A DNA stretch of 64,000 bases from Camelus dromedarius (GCF_036321535.1 NC_087437.1:2232001-2296000); one strand, 5' to 3'; counted from the first letter of the stretch, positions 10,153-26,509 are shown. Notes: a model not told the origin generated them from the letters alone. Numbers and translations are program-made.

Positions 10153-13100
10153 GAGGCGGGGTGCCGTCTGCCTACCTGGTTCGGCGGCGGGGCCCGGGGA
10201 AGAGGGTGCCCCTGGTGAACCAGAGGATTTTCTCCCATGTCCCTAGCTGCCTTGCCTCTGGGCGGCCTCCGCTAACCCAAGTTCGCCGGACGCAAGCCTT
10301 TGAAGTCAGCCTGCTCCTGGGAGCCGGCGAGGTAAGGACAGGGGAAGTGGTCAGCGGCAGACACGGAGGCGGCCCAGAACGCAAGAGGGATGCCTCGGCG
10401 AGTCGGTCATTTTCCTACCATCCCCCCTCTCCTGGCCTCGGGGCGGCCTCTGCTACCGCAGGTGTGCGGCAATTAATTCTCCTTGTCAGCCAGGTCCTGG
10501 GAGTCTGTCCAGGTGAGCCCAAGGGACACGGACGTCGCGGGGAGCGGACTGCCTCGGGTTAGCCGATCAGTTTGCTCCCATCCCCACAAGCGCCTGGCCT
10601 GGGGGCGGCCTGTCCTGCGCCAGGTTCAGAGTATGCACGTTTCCAGCTCAGCCAGCCCACCCGAGGCCGGCGCGCTGTGATCAGGGTCTGCAATGAGAAG
10701 TCGGGGCTGACTCACCGAGCCCGTGTATTTGTTCAGATCTCCCTCTTGGCTGGTCCTGGGCTAGGCCTCTACTACCCTAGGTCCACGAGGTGCTCATCTC
10801 TGTGTTTTTCAGCTCCGGGGAAGCCAGTGCGGGGTGGTCAGGGGGCGGGGAGGGGGCGGGGCGGGGGCGGGGCGGGGGCAGCTACAGAGAGGGCTGAAGC
10901 GGGATGCACGGGCTGCCCAGGCAAGCCTGCGGAATTCCATCCAGTGTCCCCCTCGGCCTGCAATGCGGGCGCCCTCTGCTGCTTCAGGGTGGCAATTGGC
11001 ATCCCTCCAGGTGGGTCGAGTACTGGGAGGCTTCCTCCTTTAGACAGACAGAGAGACAAATAAAGAGACAGACAGACACACTAGCCTCTTCATCCATTGA
11101 GAAACAGCCGTATATCCTAACCTCCTCCTCCTCATTCATTATATAGGTAGACAGATACATATATAGACAGACACACACACACACATACACACACTAGCCT
11201 CTTCCTACTCCTCAATTAAGTAGGTAGAGAGACACACTAATCTCCTCCTCCTTTAGATAATACATAGACAAACTTAATACATTTTTCTCCTCCTCCATTA
11301 GATAGATGGAAAGTGAGATTGACCGATACACCCAGTAGCCGCTACCTTCTCCTGTTAGAGATACCGAGAGATAGCCAGACACATGGGATTATTTCTTCTT
11401 CTCCATTTGATATAGATAGAGACACACTCACAGACACACAGACAGACAGACACACTACTCTTCTCCTGCTCTGACAGACAGAGAGATAGACACTCTAGCC
11501 TCCTCCTTCTTCTCGAATACATACAGCTGCATAGATAGATATCTCCTATATAGACAGACAGACTTACTAGCTTACTCCTCGTCCATTCGATGCACACATA
11601 GACTGTTAGACAGACACAGTAGCCTCTTCCCCTCTTTGTTACACATACTTTGATAAAGAGACCCGCACGCACACACACACACACATACACACAGGCTAGC
11701 ATCCTCCTCTTCCTCAAGTAGGTAGATAGGGAGATAGAAACACTAAATTCCTGCTCCGACAGACACACAAATAAAAAGACACACTTGCCTACTGCTGTGC
11801 CTGAACTACATAGGTCGATTTTTACACAGATTGATAGATACACAGATAGATAGAGAGATAGATAGGTAGAGAGGCAGGCAAATGGAGAGACATAATTTTC
11901 GCCTCCTCATCCAGTAGATATATAGACAGACACACACATAGTCTAGCCTCTCGCATCCTCCAATAGATAGACAATCAGCCAGGCAGTCAGACAGACTGAC
12001 ACACGTGAGGCGCTGTGCAGTTTGGGGTTGGGTTTCAGCGGCGTCCACCGTGGACAGTTGTGCCCCTGGCGAGTCATAGGATTTTATCCCATGTCCCTAG
12101 CTGCCTTGCCTGCGGGCGGCCCCCGCTCCCCCAAATTCGACGGACTGAAGCTTTCAAGTTAGCCTGCTCGTGGCAGCAGGCGTTGTAAGGAAAGTGGAAG
12201 AGGTGAGCGGCAGCTCCGGAAGCGGCAGAGCATCTAAGGGGGATGCCTCGGCGAATCGGTCATTTTCCTCCCATTTCCCCCTCTCCTGGCCTCGGGGCAG
12301 CCTCTGCTACCCCAGGAGTGCGGGATTTCGTTGTCCTTGTCAGCCAGGTCCTAGGAAGCTGTCGAGGTGTGCTCAGGGAACAGGGATGTCGCTTCTAGAG
12401 GACTGCCTCGGGTGAGCCGATCAGTTTGCTCCCATCTCCACAAGCGCCTGGCCTGGGGGCGGCCTCTCCTTCCCCAGGTTCCCAGTATGCATGTTTCCAG
12501 CTCAGCCTGTGCCCTTAGGCAGGCGCGGTGTTCTTAGGGGCTGCATTGAGGAGGCGGGGCTGCTCCACCGAGCCCGTGTATTTGCACAGATCTCCCCGTT
12601 GACCGGTCCTAGGGTTGGTCTCTGCTACCCTAGGTACACGATGTACACATCTCGTTGTTTTCCGGCCCCCGGGAGGCAAGTGCGGGGTGGTCAGGGGGCG
12701 GGGGGGGGGGGTGGCGTTGGCGCCTACACAGAGGGAGGAAGAGGGATGCACGGGCTGTCCAGGGAAGCCTGTGGATTTCCATCCAGTGTCCCCCTCGGCG
12801 TGCAATGATGGCACCCTCTGCTGCTTCAGGGTGACAATTGGCATCCCTCCAGCTGGGCCTAATAAAGGGAGGCTTCCTCCATTAGACAGACAGAGAGACA
12901 TATAAAGAGACAGACAGACACACTAGCCTCTTCATCCATTGAGAAACAGCCGTATATCCTAACCTCCTCCTCCTCATTCATTATATAGGTAGGCAGATAC
13001 ATATATAGACAGACACACACACACACATACACACACTAGCCTCTTCCTACTCCTCAATTATGTAGGTAGAGAGACACACTAATCTCCTCCTCCATTAGAT

Positions 13101-15381
13101 AATACATAGACAAACTTAATACATTTTTCTCCTCCTCCATTAGATAGATGGAAAGTGAGATTGACCGATACACCCAGTAGCCGCTACCTTCTCCTGTTAG
13201 AGATACCGAGAGATAGCCAGACACATGGGATTATTTCTTCTTCTCCATTTGATATAGATAGAGACACACTCACAGACACACAGACAGACAGACACACTAC
13301 TCTTCTCCTGCTCTGACAGACAGAGAGATAGACACTCTAGCCTCCTCCTTCTTCTCGAATACATACAGCTGCATAGATAGATATCTCCTATATAGACAGA
13401 CAGACTTACTAGCTTACTCCTCGTCCATTCGATGCACACATAGACTGTTAGACAGACACAGTAGCCTCTTCCCCTCTTTGTTACACATACTTTGATAAAG
13501 AGACCCGCACGCACACACACACACACATACACACAGGCTAGCATCCTCCTCTTCCTCAAGTAGGTAGATAGGGAGATAGAAACACTAAATTCCTGCTCCG
13601 ACAGACACACAAATAAAAAGACACACTTGCCTACTGCTGTGCCTGAACTACATAGGTCGATTTTTACACAGATTGATAGATACACAGATAGATAGAGAGA
13701 TAGATAGGTAGAGAGGCAGGCAAATGGAGAGACATAATTTTCGCCTCCTCCTCCAGTAGATATATAGACAGACACACACATAGTCTAGCCTCTCGCATCC
13801 TCCAATAGATAGACAATCAGCCAGGCAGTCAGACAGACTGACACACGTGAGGCGCTGTGCAGTTTGGGGTTGGGTTTCAGCGGCGTCCACCGGGGACAGT
13901 TGTGCCCCTGGCGAGTCATAGGATTTTATCCCATGTCCCTAGCTGCCTTGCCTGCGGGCGGCCCCCGCTCCCCCAAATTCGACGAACTGAAGCTTTCAAG
14001 TTAGCCTGCTCGTGGCAGCAGGCGTTGTAAGGAAAGTGGAAGAGGTCAGCGGCAGCTCCGGAAGCGGCAGAGCATCTAAGGGGGATGCCTTGGCGAATCG
14101 GTCATTTTCCTCCCATTTCCCCCTCTCCTGGCCTCGGGGCAGCCTCTGCTACCGCAGGAGTGCGGGATTTCGTTGTCCTTCTCAGCCAGGTCCTAGGAAG
14201 CTGTCGAGGTGTGCTCAGGGAACAGGGATTTTACTTCTAGAGGACTGCCTCGGGTGAGCCGATCAGTTTGCTCCCATCTCCAAAAGCGCCTGGCCTGGGG
14301 GCGGCCTCTCCTTCCCCAGGTTCCCAGTATGCATGTTTCCAGCTCAGCCTGTGCCCTTAGGCAGGCGCGGTGTTCTTAGGGGCTGCATTGAGGAGGCGGG
14401 GCTGCTCCACCGAGCCCGTGTATTTGCACAGATCTCCCCGTTGACCGGTCCTAGGGTTGGTCTCTGCTACCCTAGTTACACGATGTACACATCTCGGTGT
14501 TTTCCGGCTCCCGGGAGGCAAGTGCGGGGTGGTCAGGGGGCGGGGTGGGGGGTTGGAGTGGCGGTGGCGCCTACACAGAGGGAAGAAGAGGGATGCACGG
14601 GCTGTCCAGGGAAGCCTGTGGATTTCCATCCAGTGTCCCCCTCGGCGTGCAATAAGGGCGCCCTCTGCTGCTTCAGGGTGGGATTTGGCAACCCTCCAGC
14701 TGGGCCTAATAAAGGGAGGCTTCCTCCATTAGAGAGAGAGACATAAAATAGACAGACAGACACACTAGCCTCTTCCTCCATTTAGAAACACCCATATGTC
14801 TTAACCTTCTCCTCCTAATCCATTATATAGGTAGACAGATACATACATAGACAGACAGACAGACAGACACACACACACACACAAACCCAAACCCACACAC
14901 AACCTTCCCTCCTACCAGTCCTCAATTAAGTAGGTAGAGAGACACACTAATCGCCTTCTCCATTAGATAATAAACAGACAAACGGTATAGACTATTTCTA
15001 CTCCTCATTTAGATAGATGGAATGTGAGACTGACGCATTCACACACTAGCCTCTACCTTCTCCTGTTAGAGAGACAGACAGATAGCCAGACTCATGAAAT
15101 CCTCCATCTTCTCCATTAGATATACATAGAGAAATCTCTAAGATGCACAGTGAGACAAACACTAGTCTTCTCCTCCTCTGACAGGCCGAGGGATAGATAA
15201 TCAAGCCTCCTCATTCTTTTCCATTAGGTATAGTTACATACATACATATCTGATAATAGACAGCCAGACAGACATACTAGCCTACTCTTCCTCCATCAGA
15301 TACATACATAGACTGATAGACAGATACAGTAGGCTCCTCCCCCTTTAGATACAGATACATAGATAGACATCCCCACGAGCC

Positions 15382-15422
<41 letters not shown>

Positions 15423-18400
15423 GCCTTCTCCTCTTCCTCAAAGAGCTAGATAGTTATATAGACACACTAAAATTCTACTCCAACAGACAGAATTTTAAAT
15501 GACACACTATCTTACTGCTATGCCTCCCCACATAGATAGATAGCTAGCCAGATCGATAGAGAGGCAGGCAAATAGAGAGTCATACTAGTCGCCTCCTCCT
15601 CCGTTGGAGAGACGGACAGACACACACATAGTCTAGCTTCAACCATCCTCCAATAGATAGTCATTCAGGCAAGCAGTCAAACAGACAGACACACCAGAGG
15701 CGGGGTGCCGTCTGCCTACCTGGTTCGGCGGCGGGGCCCGGGGAAGAGGGTGCCCCTGGTGAACCAGAGGATTTTCTCCCATGTCCCTAGCTGCCTTGCC
15801 TCTGGGCGGCCTCCGCTAACCCAAGTTCGCCGGACGCAAGCCTTTGAAGTCAGCCTGCTCCTGGGAGCCGGCGAGGTAAGGACAGGGGAAGTGGTCAGCG
15901 GCAGACACGGAGGCGGCCCAGAACGCAAGAGGGATGCCTCGGCGAGTCGGTCATTTTCCTACCATCCCCCCTCTCCTGGCCTCGGGGCGGCCTCTGCTAC
16001 CGCAGGTGTGCGGCAATTAATTCTCCTTGTCAGCCAGGTCCTGGGAGTCTGTCCAGGTGAGCCCAAGGGACACGGACGTCGCGGGGAGCGGACTGCCTCG
16101 GGTTAGCCGATCAGTTTGCTCCCATCCCCACAAGCGCCTGGCCTGGGGGCGGCCTGTCCTGCGCCAGGTTCAGAGTATGCACGTTTCCAGCTCAGCCAGC
16201 CCACCCGAGGCCGGCGCGCTGTGATCAGGGTCTGCAATGAGAAGTCGGGGCTGACTCACCGAGCCCGTGTATTTGTTCAGATCTCCCTCTTGGCTGGTCC
16301 TGGGCTAGGCCTCTACTACCCTAGGTCCACGAGGTGCTCATCTCTGTGTTTTTCAGCTCCGGGGAAGCGAGTGCGGGGTGGTCAGGGGGCGGGGAGGGGG
16401 CGGGGCGGGGGCGGGGCGGGGGCAGCTACAGAGAGGGCTGAAGCGGGATGCACGGGCTGCCCAGGCAAGCCTGCGGAATTCCATCCAGTGTCCCCCTCGG
16501 CCTGCAATGCGGGCGCCCTCTGCTGCTTCAGGGTGGCAATTGGCATCCCTCCAGGTGGGTCGAGTACTGGGAGGCTTCCTCCTTTAGACAGACAGAGAGA
16601 CAAATAAAGAGACAGACAGACACACTAGCCTCTTCATCCATTGAGAAACAGCCGTATATCCTAACCTCCTCCTCCTCATTCATTATATAGGTAGACAGAT
16701 ACATATATAGACAGACACACACACACACATACACACACTAGCCTCTTCCTACTCCTCAATTAAGTAGGTAGAGAGACACACTAATCTCCTCCTCCTTTAG
16801 ATAATACATAGACAAACTTAATACATTTTTCTCCTCCTCCATTAGATAGATGGAAAGTGAGATTGACCGATACACCCAGTAGCCGCTACCTTCTCCTGTT
16901 AGAGATACCGAGAGATAGCCAGACACATGGGATTATTTCTTCTTCTCCATTTGATATAGATAGAGACACACTCACAGACACACAGACAGACAGACACACT
17001 ACTCTTCTCCTGCTCTGACAGACAGAGAGATAGACACTCTAGCCTCCTCCTTCTTCTCGAATACATACAGCTGCATAGATAGATATCTCCTATATAGACA
17101 GGCAGACTTACTAGCTTACTCCTCGTCCATTCGATGCACACATAGACTGTTAGACAGACACAGTAGCCTCTTCCCCTCTTTGTTACACATACTTTGATAA
17201 AGAGACCCGCACGCACACACACACACACATACACACAGGCTAGCATCCTCCTCTTCCTCAAGTAGGTAGATAGGGAGATAGAAACACTAAATTCCTGCTC
17301 CGACAGACACACAAATAAAAAGACACACTTGCCTACTGCTGTGCCTGAACTACATAGGTCGATTTTTACACAGATTGATAGATACACAGATAGATAGAGA
17401 GATAGATAGGTAGAGAGGCAGGCAAATGGAGAGACATAATTTTCGCCTCCTCCTCCAGTAGATATATAGACAGACACACACATAGTCTAGCCTCTCGCAT
17501 CCTCCAATAGATAGACAATCAGCCAGGCAGTCAGACAGACTGACACACGTGAGGCGCTGTGCAGTTTGGGGTTGGGTTTCAGCGGCGTCCACCGTGGACA
17601 GTTGTGCCCCTGGCGAGTCATAGGATTTTATCCCATGTCCCTAGCTGCCTTGCCTGCGGGCGGCCCCCGCTCCCCCAAATTCGACGGACTGAAGCTTTCA
17701 AGTTAGCCTGCTCGTGGCAGCAGGCGTTGTAAGGAAAGTGGAAGAGGTGAGCGGCAGCTCCGGAAGCGGCAGAGCATCTAAGGGGGATGCCTCGGCGAAT
17801 CGGTCATTTTCCTCCCATTTCCCCCTCTCCTGGCCTCGGGGCAGCCTCTGCTACCCCAGGAGTGCGGGATTTCGTTGTCCTTGTCAGCCAGGTCCTAGGA
17901 AGCTGTCGAGGTGTGCTCAGGGAACAGGGATGTCGCTTCTAGAGGACTGCCTCGGGTGAGCCGATCAGTTTGCTCCCATCTCCACAAGCGCCTGGCCTGG
18001 GGGCGGCCTCTCCTTCCCCAGGTTCCCAGTATGCATGTTTCCAGCTCAGCCTGTGCCCTTAGGCAGGCGCGGTGTTCTTAGGGGCTGCATTGAGGAGGCG
18101 GGGCTGCTCCACCGAGCCCGTGTATTTGCACAGATCTCCCCGTTGACCGGTCCTAGGGTTGGTCTCTGCTACCCTAGGTACACGATATACACATCTCGTT
18201 GTTTTCCGGCCCCCGGGAGGCAAGTGCGGGGTGGTCAGGGGGCGGGGGGGGGGGTGGCGTTGGCGCCTACACAGAGGGAGGAAGAGGGATGCACGGGCTG
18301 TCCAGGGAAGCCTGTGGATTTCCATCCAGTGTCCCCCTCGGCGTGCAATGATGGCACCCTCTGCTGCTTCAGGGTGACAATTGGCATCCCTCCAGCTGGG

Positions 18401-20924
18401 CCTAATAAAGGGAGGCTTCCTCCATTAGACAGACAGAGAGACATATAAAGAGACAGACAGACACACTAGCCTCTTCATCCATTGAGAAACAGCCGTATAT
18501 CCTAACCTCCTCCTCCTCATTCATTATATAGGTAGGCAGATACATATATAGACAGACACACACACACACATACACACACTAGCCTCTTCCTACTCCTCAA
18601 TTATGTAGGTAGAGAGACACACTAATCTCCTCCTCCATTAGATAATACATAGACAAACTTAATACATTTTTCTCCTCCTCCATTAGATAGATGGAAAGTG
18701 AGATTGACCGATACACCCAGTAGCCGCTACCTTCTCCTGTTAGAGATACCGAGAGATAGCCAGACACATGGGATTATTTCTTCTTCTCCATTTGATATAG
18801 ATAGAGACACACTCACAGACACACAGACAGACAGACACACTACTCTTCTCCTGCTCTGACAGACAGAGAGATAGACACTCTAGCCTCCTCCTTCTTCTCG
18901 AATACATACAGCTGCATAGATAGATATCTCCTATATAGACAGACAGACTTACTAGCTTACTCCTCGTCCATTCGATGCACACATAGACTGTTAGACAGAC
19001 ACAGTAGCCTCTTCCCCTCTTTGTTACACATACTTTGATAAAGAGACCCGCACGCACACACACACACACATACACACAGGCTAGCATCCTCCTCTTCCTC
19101 AAGTAGGTAGATAGGGAGATAGAAACACTAAATTCCTGCTCCGACAGACACACAAATAAAAAGACACACTTGCCTACTGCTGTGCCTGAACTACATAGGT
19201 CGATTTTTACACAGATTGATAGATACACAGATAGATAGAGAGATAGATAGGTAGAGAGGCAGGCAAATGGAGAGACATAATTTTCGCCTCCTCCTCCAGT
19301 AGATATATAGACAGACACACACATAGTCTAGCCTCTCGCATCCTCCAATAGATAGACAATCAGCCAGGCAGTCAGACAGACTGACACACGTGAGGCGCTG
19401 TGCAGTTTGGGGTTGGGTTTCAGCGGCGTCCACCGGGGACAGTTGTGCCCCTGGCGAGTCATAGGATTTTATCCCATGTCCCTAGCTGCCTTGCCTGCGG
19501 GCGGCCCCCGCTCCCCCAAATTCGACGAACTGAAGCTTTCAAGTTAGCCTGCTCGTGGCAGCAGGCGTTGTAAGGAAAGTGGAAGAGGTCAGCGGCAGCT
19601 CCGGAAGCGGCAGAGCATCTAAGGGGGATGCCTTGGCGAATCGGTCATTTTCCTCCCATTTCCCCCTCTCCTGGCCTCGGGGCAGCCTCTGCTACCGCAG
19701 GAGTGCGGGATTTCGTTGTCCTTCTCAGCCAGGTCCTAGGAAGCTGTCGAGGTGTGCTCAGGGAACAGGGATTTTACTTCTAGAGGACTGCCTCGGGTGA
19801 GCCGATCAGTTTGCTCCCATCTCCAAAAGCGCCTGGCCTGGGGGCGGCCTCTCCTTCCCCAGGTTCCCAGTATGCATGTTTCCAGCTCAGCCTGTGCCCT
19901 TAGGCAGGCGCGGTGTTCTTAGGGGCTGCATTGAGGAGGCGGGGCTGCTCCACCGAGCCCGTGTATTTGCACAGATCTCCCCGTTGACCGGTCCTAGGGT
20001 TGGTCTCTGCTACCCTAGTTACACGATGTACACATCTCGGTGTTTTCCGGCTCCCGGGAGGCAAGTGCGGGGTGGTCAGGGGGCGGGGTGGGGGGTTGGA
20101 GTGGCGGTGGCGCCTACACAGAGGGAAGAAGAGGGATGCACGGGCTGTCCAGGGAAGCCTGTGGATTTCCATCCAGTGTCCCCCTCGGCGTGCAATAAGG
20201 GCGCCCTCTGCTGCTTCAGGGTGGGATTTGGCAACCCTCCAGCTGGGCCTAATAAAGGGAGGCTTCCTCCATTAGAGAGAGAGACATAAAATAGACAGAC
20301 AGACACACTAGCCTCTTCCTCCATTTAGAAACACCCATATGTCTTAACCTTCTCCTCCTAATCCATTATATAGGTAGACAGATACATACATAGACAGACA
20401 GACAGACAGACACACACACACACACAAACCCAAACCCACACACAACCTTCCCTCCTACCAGTCCTCAATTAAGTAGGTAGAGAGACACACTAATCGCCTT
20501 CTCCATTAGATAATAAACAGACAAACGGTATAGACTATTTCTACTCCTCATTTAGATAGATGGAATGTGAGACTGACGCATTCACACACTAGCCTCTACC
20601 TTCTCCTGTTAGAGAGACAGACAGATAGCCAGACTCATGAAATCCTCCATCTTCTCCATTAGATATACATAGAGAAATCTCTAAGATGCACAGTGAGACA
20701 AACACTAGTCTTCTCCTCCTCTGACAGGCCGAGGGATAGATAATCAAGCCTCCTCATTCTTTTCCATTAGGTATAGTTACATACATACATATCTGATAAT
20801 AGACAGCCAGACAGACATACTAGCCTACTCTTCCTCCATCAGATACATACATAGACTGATAGACAGATACAGTAGGCTCCTCCCCCTTTAGATACAGATA
20901 CATAGATAGACATCCCCACGAGCC

Positions 20925-20965
<41 letters not shown>

Positions 20966-23900
20966 GCCTTCTCCTCTTCCTCAAAGAGCTAGATAGTTAT
21001 ATAGACACACTAAAATTCTACTCCAACAGACAGAATTTTAAATGACACACTATCTTACTGCTATGCCTCCCCACATAGATAGATAGCTAGCCAGATCGAT
21101 AGAGAGGCAGGCAAATAGAGAGTCATACTAGTCGCCTCCTCCTCCGTTGGAGAGACAGACAGACACACACATAGTCTAGCTTCAACCATCCTCCAATAGA
21201 TAGTCATTCAGGCAAGCAGTCAAACAGACAGACACACCAGAGGCGGGGTGCCGTCTGCCTACCTGGTTCGGCGGCGGGGCCCGGGGAAGAGGGTGCCCCT
21301 GGTGAACCAGAGGATTTTCTCCCATGTCCCTAGCTGCCTTGCCTCTGGGCGGCCTCCGCTAACCCAAGTTCGCCGGACGCAAGCCTTTGAAGTCAGCCTG
21401 CTCCTGGGAGCCGGCGAGGTAAGGACAGGGGAAGTGGTCAGCGGCAGACACGGAGGCGGCCCAGAACGCAAGAGGGATGCCTCGGCGAGTCGGTCATTTT
21501 CCTACCATCCCCCCTCTCCTGGCCTCGGGGCGGCCTCTGCTACCGCAGGTGTGCGGCAATTAATTCTCCTTGTCAGCCAGGTCCTGGGAGTCTGTCCAGG
21601 TGAGCCCAAGGGACACGGACGTCGCGGGGAGCGGACTGCCTCGGGTTAGCCGATCAGTTTGCTCCCATCCCCACAAGCGCCTGGCCTGGGGGCGGCCTGT
21701 CCTGCGCCAGGTTCAGAGTATGCACGTTTCCAGCTCAGCCAGCCCACCCGAGGCCGGCGCGCTGTGATCAGGGTCTGCAATGAGAAGTCGGGGCTGACTC
21801 ACCGAGCCCGTGTATTTGTTCAGATCTCCCTCTTGGCTGGTCCTGGGCTAGGCCTCTACTACCCTAGGTCCACGAGGTGCTCATCTCTGTGTTTTTCAGC
21901 TCCGGGGAAGCCAGTGCGGGGTGGTCAGGGGGCGGGGAGGGGGCGGGGCGGGGGCGGGGCGGGGGCAGCTACAGAGAGGGCTGAAGCGGGATGCACGGGC
22001 TGCCCAGGCAAGCCTGCGGATTTCCATCCAGTGTCCCCCTCGGCCTGCAATGCGGGCGCCCTCTGCTGCTTCAGGGTGGCAATTGGCATCCCTCCAGGTG
22101 GGTCGAGTACTGGGAGGCTTCCTCCTTTAGACAGACAGAGAGACAAATAAAGAGACAGACAGACACACTAGCCTCTTCATCCATTGAGAAACAGCCGTAT
22201 ATCCTAACCTCCTCCTCCTCATTCATTATATAGGTAGACAGATACATATATAGACAGACACACACACACACATACACACACTAGCCTCTTCCTACTCCTC
22301 AATTAAGTAGGTAGAGAGACACACTAATCTCCTCCTCCTTTAGATAATACATAGACAAACTTAATACATTTTTCTCCTCCTCCATTAGATAGATGGAAAG
22401 TGAGATTGACCGATACACCCAGTAGCCGCTACCTTCTCCTGTTAGAGATACCGAGAGATAGCCAGACACATGGGATTATTTCTTCTTCTCCATTTGATAT
22501 AGATAGAGACACACTCACAGACACACAGACAGACAGACACACTACTCTTCTCCTGCTCTGACAGACAGAGAGATAGACACTCTAGCCTCCTCCTTCTTCT
22601 CGAATACATACAGCTGCATAGATAGATATCTCCTATATAGACAGACAGACTTACTAGCTTACTCCTCGTCCATTCGATGCACACATAGACTGTTAGACAG
22701 ACACAGTAGCCTCTTCCCCTCTTTGTTACACATACTTTGATAAAGAGACCCGCACGCACACACACACACACATACACACAGGCTAGCATCCTCCTCTTCC
22801 TCAAGTAGGTAGATAGGGAGATAGAAACACTAAATTCCTGCTCCGACAGACACACAAATAAAAAGACACACTTGCCTACTGCTGTGCCTGAACTACATAG
22901 GTCGATTTTTACACAGATTGATAGATACACAGATAGATAGAGAGATAGATAGGTAGAGAGGCAGGCAAATGGAGAGACATAATTTTCGCCTCCTCCTCCA
23001 GTAGATATATAGACAGACACACACATAGTCTAGCCTCTCGCATCCTCCAATAGATAGACAATCAGCCAGGCAGTCAGACAGACTGACACACGTGAGGCGC
23101 TGTGCAGTTTGGGGTTGGGTTTCAGCGGCGTCCACCGTGGACAGTTGTGCCCCTGGCGAGTCATAGGATTTTATCCCATGTCCCTAGCTGCCTTGCCTGC
23201 GGGCGGCCCCCGCTCCCCCAAATTCGACGGACTGAAGCTTTCAAGTTAGCCTGCTCGTGGCAGCAGGCGTTGTAAGGAAAGTGGAAGAGGTGAGCGGCAG
23301 CTCCGGAAGCGGCAGAGCATCTAAGGGGGATGCCTCGGCGAATCGGTCATTTTCCTCCCATTTCCCCCTCTCCTGGCCTCGGGGCAGCCTCTGCTACCCC
23401 AGGAGTGCGGGATTTCGTTGTCCTTGTCAGCCAGGTCCTAGGAAGCTGTCGAGGTGTGCTCAGGGAACAGGGATGTCGCTTCTAGAGGACTGCCTCGGGT
23501 GAGCCGATCAGTTTGCTCCCATCTCCACAAGCGCCTGGCCTGGGGGCGGCCTCTCCTTCCCCAGGTTCCCAGTATGCATGTTTCCAGCTCAGCCTGTGCC
23601 CTTAGGCAGGCGCGGTGTTCTTAGGGGCTGCATTGAGGAGGCGGGGCTGCTCCACCGAGCCCGTGTATTTGCACAGATCTCCCCGTTGACCGGTCCTAGG
23701 GTTGGTCTCTGCTACCCTAGGTACACGATGTACACATCTCGTTGTTTTCCGGCCCCCGGGAGGCAAGTGCGGGGTGGTCAGGGGGCGGGGGGGGGGGGTG
23801 GCGTTGGCGCCTACACAGAGGGAGGAAGAGGGATGCACGGGCTGTCCAGGGAAGCCTGTGGATTTCCATCCAGTGTCCCCCTCGGCGTGCAATGATGGCA

Positions 23901-26468
23901 CCCTCTGCTGCTTCAGGGTGACAATTGGCATCCCTCCAGCTGGGCCTAATAAAGGGAGGCTTCCTCCATTAGACAGACAGAGAGACATATAAAGAGACAG
24001 ACAGACACACTAGCCTCTTCATCCATTGAGAAACAGCCGTATATCCTAACCTCCTCCTCCTCATTCATTATATAGGTAGGCAGATACATATATAGACAGA
24101 CACACACACACACATACACACACTAGCCTCTTCCTACTCCTCAATTATGTAGGTAGAGAGACACACTAATCTCCTCCTCCATTAGATAATACATAGACAA
24201 ACTTAATACATTTTTCTCCTCCTCCATTAGATAGATGGAAAGTGAGATTGACCGATACACCCAGTAGCCGCTACCTTCTCCTGTTAGAGATACCGAGAGA
24301 TAGCCAGACACATGGGATTATTTCTTCTTCTCCATTTGATATAGATAGAGACACACTCACAGACACACAGACAGACAGACACACTACTCTTCTCCTGCTC
24401 TGACAGACAGAGAGATAGACACTCTAGCCTCCTCCTTCTTCTCGAATACATACAGCTGCATAGATAGATATCTCCTATATAGACAGACAGACTTACTAGC
24501 TTACTCCTCGTCCATTCGATGCACACATAGACTGTTAGACAGACACAGTAGCCTCTTCCCCTCTTTGTTACACATACTTTGATAAAGAGACCCGCACGCA
24601 CACACACACACACATACACACAGGCTAGCATCCTCCTCTTCCTCAAGTAGGTAGATAGGGAGATAGAAACACTAAATTCCTGCTCCGACAGACACACAAA
24701 TAAAAAGACACACTTGCCTACTGCTGTGCCTGAACTACATAGGTCGATTTTTACACAGATTGATAGATACACAGATAGATAGAGAGATAGATAGGTAGAG
24801 AGGCAGGCAAATGGAGAGACATAATTTTCGCCTCCTCCTCCAGTAGATATATAGACAGACACACACATAGTCTAGCCTCTCGCATCCTCCAATAGATAGA
24901 CAATCAGCCAGGCAGTCAGACAGACTGACACACGTGAGGCGCTGTGCAGTTTGGGGTTGGGTTTCAGCGGCGTCCACCGGGGACAGTTGTGCCCCTGGCG
25001 AGTCATAGGATTTTATCCCATGTCCCTAGCTGCCTTGCCTGCGGGCGGCCCCCGCTCCCCCAAATTCGACGAACTGAAGCTTTCAAGTTAGCCTGCTCGT
25101 GGCAGCAGGCGTTGTAAGGAAAGTGGAAGAGGTCAGCGGCAGCTCCGGAAGCGGCAGAGCATCTAAGGGGGATGCCTTGGCGAATCGGTCATTTTCCTCC
25201 CATTTCCCCCTCTCCTGGCCTCGGGGCAGCCTCTGCTACCGCAGGAGTGCGGGATTTCGTTGTCCTTCTCAGCCAGGTCCTAGGAAGCTGTCGAGGTGTG
25301 CTCAGGGAACAGGGATTTTACTTCTAGAGGACTGCCTCGGGTGAGCCGATCAGTTTGCTCCCATCTCCAAAAGCGCCTGGCCTGGGGGCGGCCTCTCCTT
25401 CCCCAGGTTCCCAGTATGCATGTTTCCAGCTCAGCCTGTGCCCTTAGGCAGGCGCGGTGTTCTTAGGGGCTGCATTGAGGAGGCGGGGCTGCTCCACCGA
25501 GCCCGTGTATTTGCACAGATCTCCCCGTTGACCGGTCCTAGGGTTGGTCTCTGCTACCCTAGTTACACGATGTACACATCTCGGTGTTTTCCGGCTCCCG
25601 GGAGGCAAGTGCGGGGTGGTCAGGGGGCGGGGTGGGGGGTTGGAGTGGCGGTGGCGCCTACACAGAGGGAAGAAGAGGGATGCACGGGCTGTCCAGGGAA
25701 GCCTGTGGATTTCCATCCAGTGTCCCCCTCGGCGTGCAATAAGGGCGCCCTCTGCTGCTTCAGGGTGGGATTTGGCAACCCTCCAGCTGGGCCTAATAAA
25801 GGGAGGCTTCCTCCATTAGAGAGAGAGACATAAAATAGACAGACAGACACACTAGCCTCTTCCTCCATTTAGAAACACCCATATGTCTTAACCTTCTCCT
25901 CCTAATCCATTATATAGGTAGACAGATACATACATAGACAGACAGACAGACAGACACACACACACACACAAACCCAAACCCACACACAACCTTCCCTCCT
26001 ACCAGTCCTCAATTAAGTAGGTAGAGAGACACACTAATCGCCTTCTCCATTAGATAATAAACAGACAAACGGTATAGACTATTTCTACTCCTCATTTAGA
26101 TAGATGGAATGTGAGACTGACGCATTCACACACTAGCCTCTACCTTCTCCTGTTAGAGAGACAGACAGATAGCCAGACTCATGAAATCCTCCATCTTCTC
26201 CATTAGATATACATAGAGAAATCTCTAAGATGCACAGTGAGACAAACACTAGTCTTCTCCTCCTCTGACAGGCCGAGGGATAGATAATCAAGCCTCCTCA
26301 TTCTTTTCCATTAGGTATAGTTACATACATACATATCTGATAATAGACAGCCAGACAGACATACTAGCCTACTCTTCCTCCATCAGATACATACATAGAC
26401 TGATAGACAGATACAGTAGGCTCCTCCCCCTTTAGATACAGATACATAGATAGACATCCCCACGAGCC

Positions 26469-26509
<41 letters not shown>
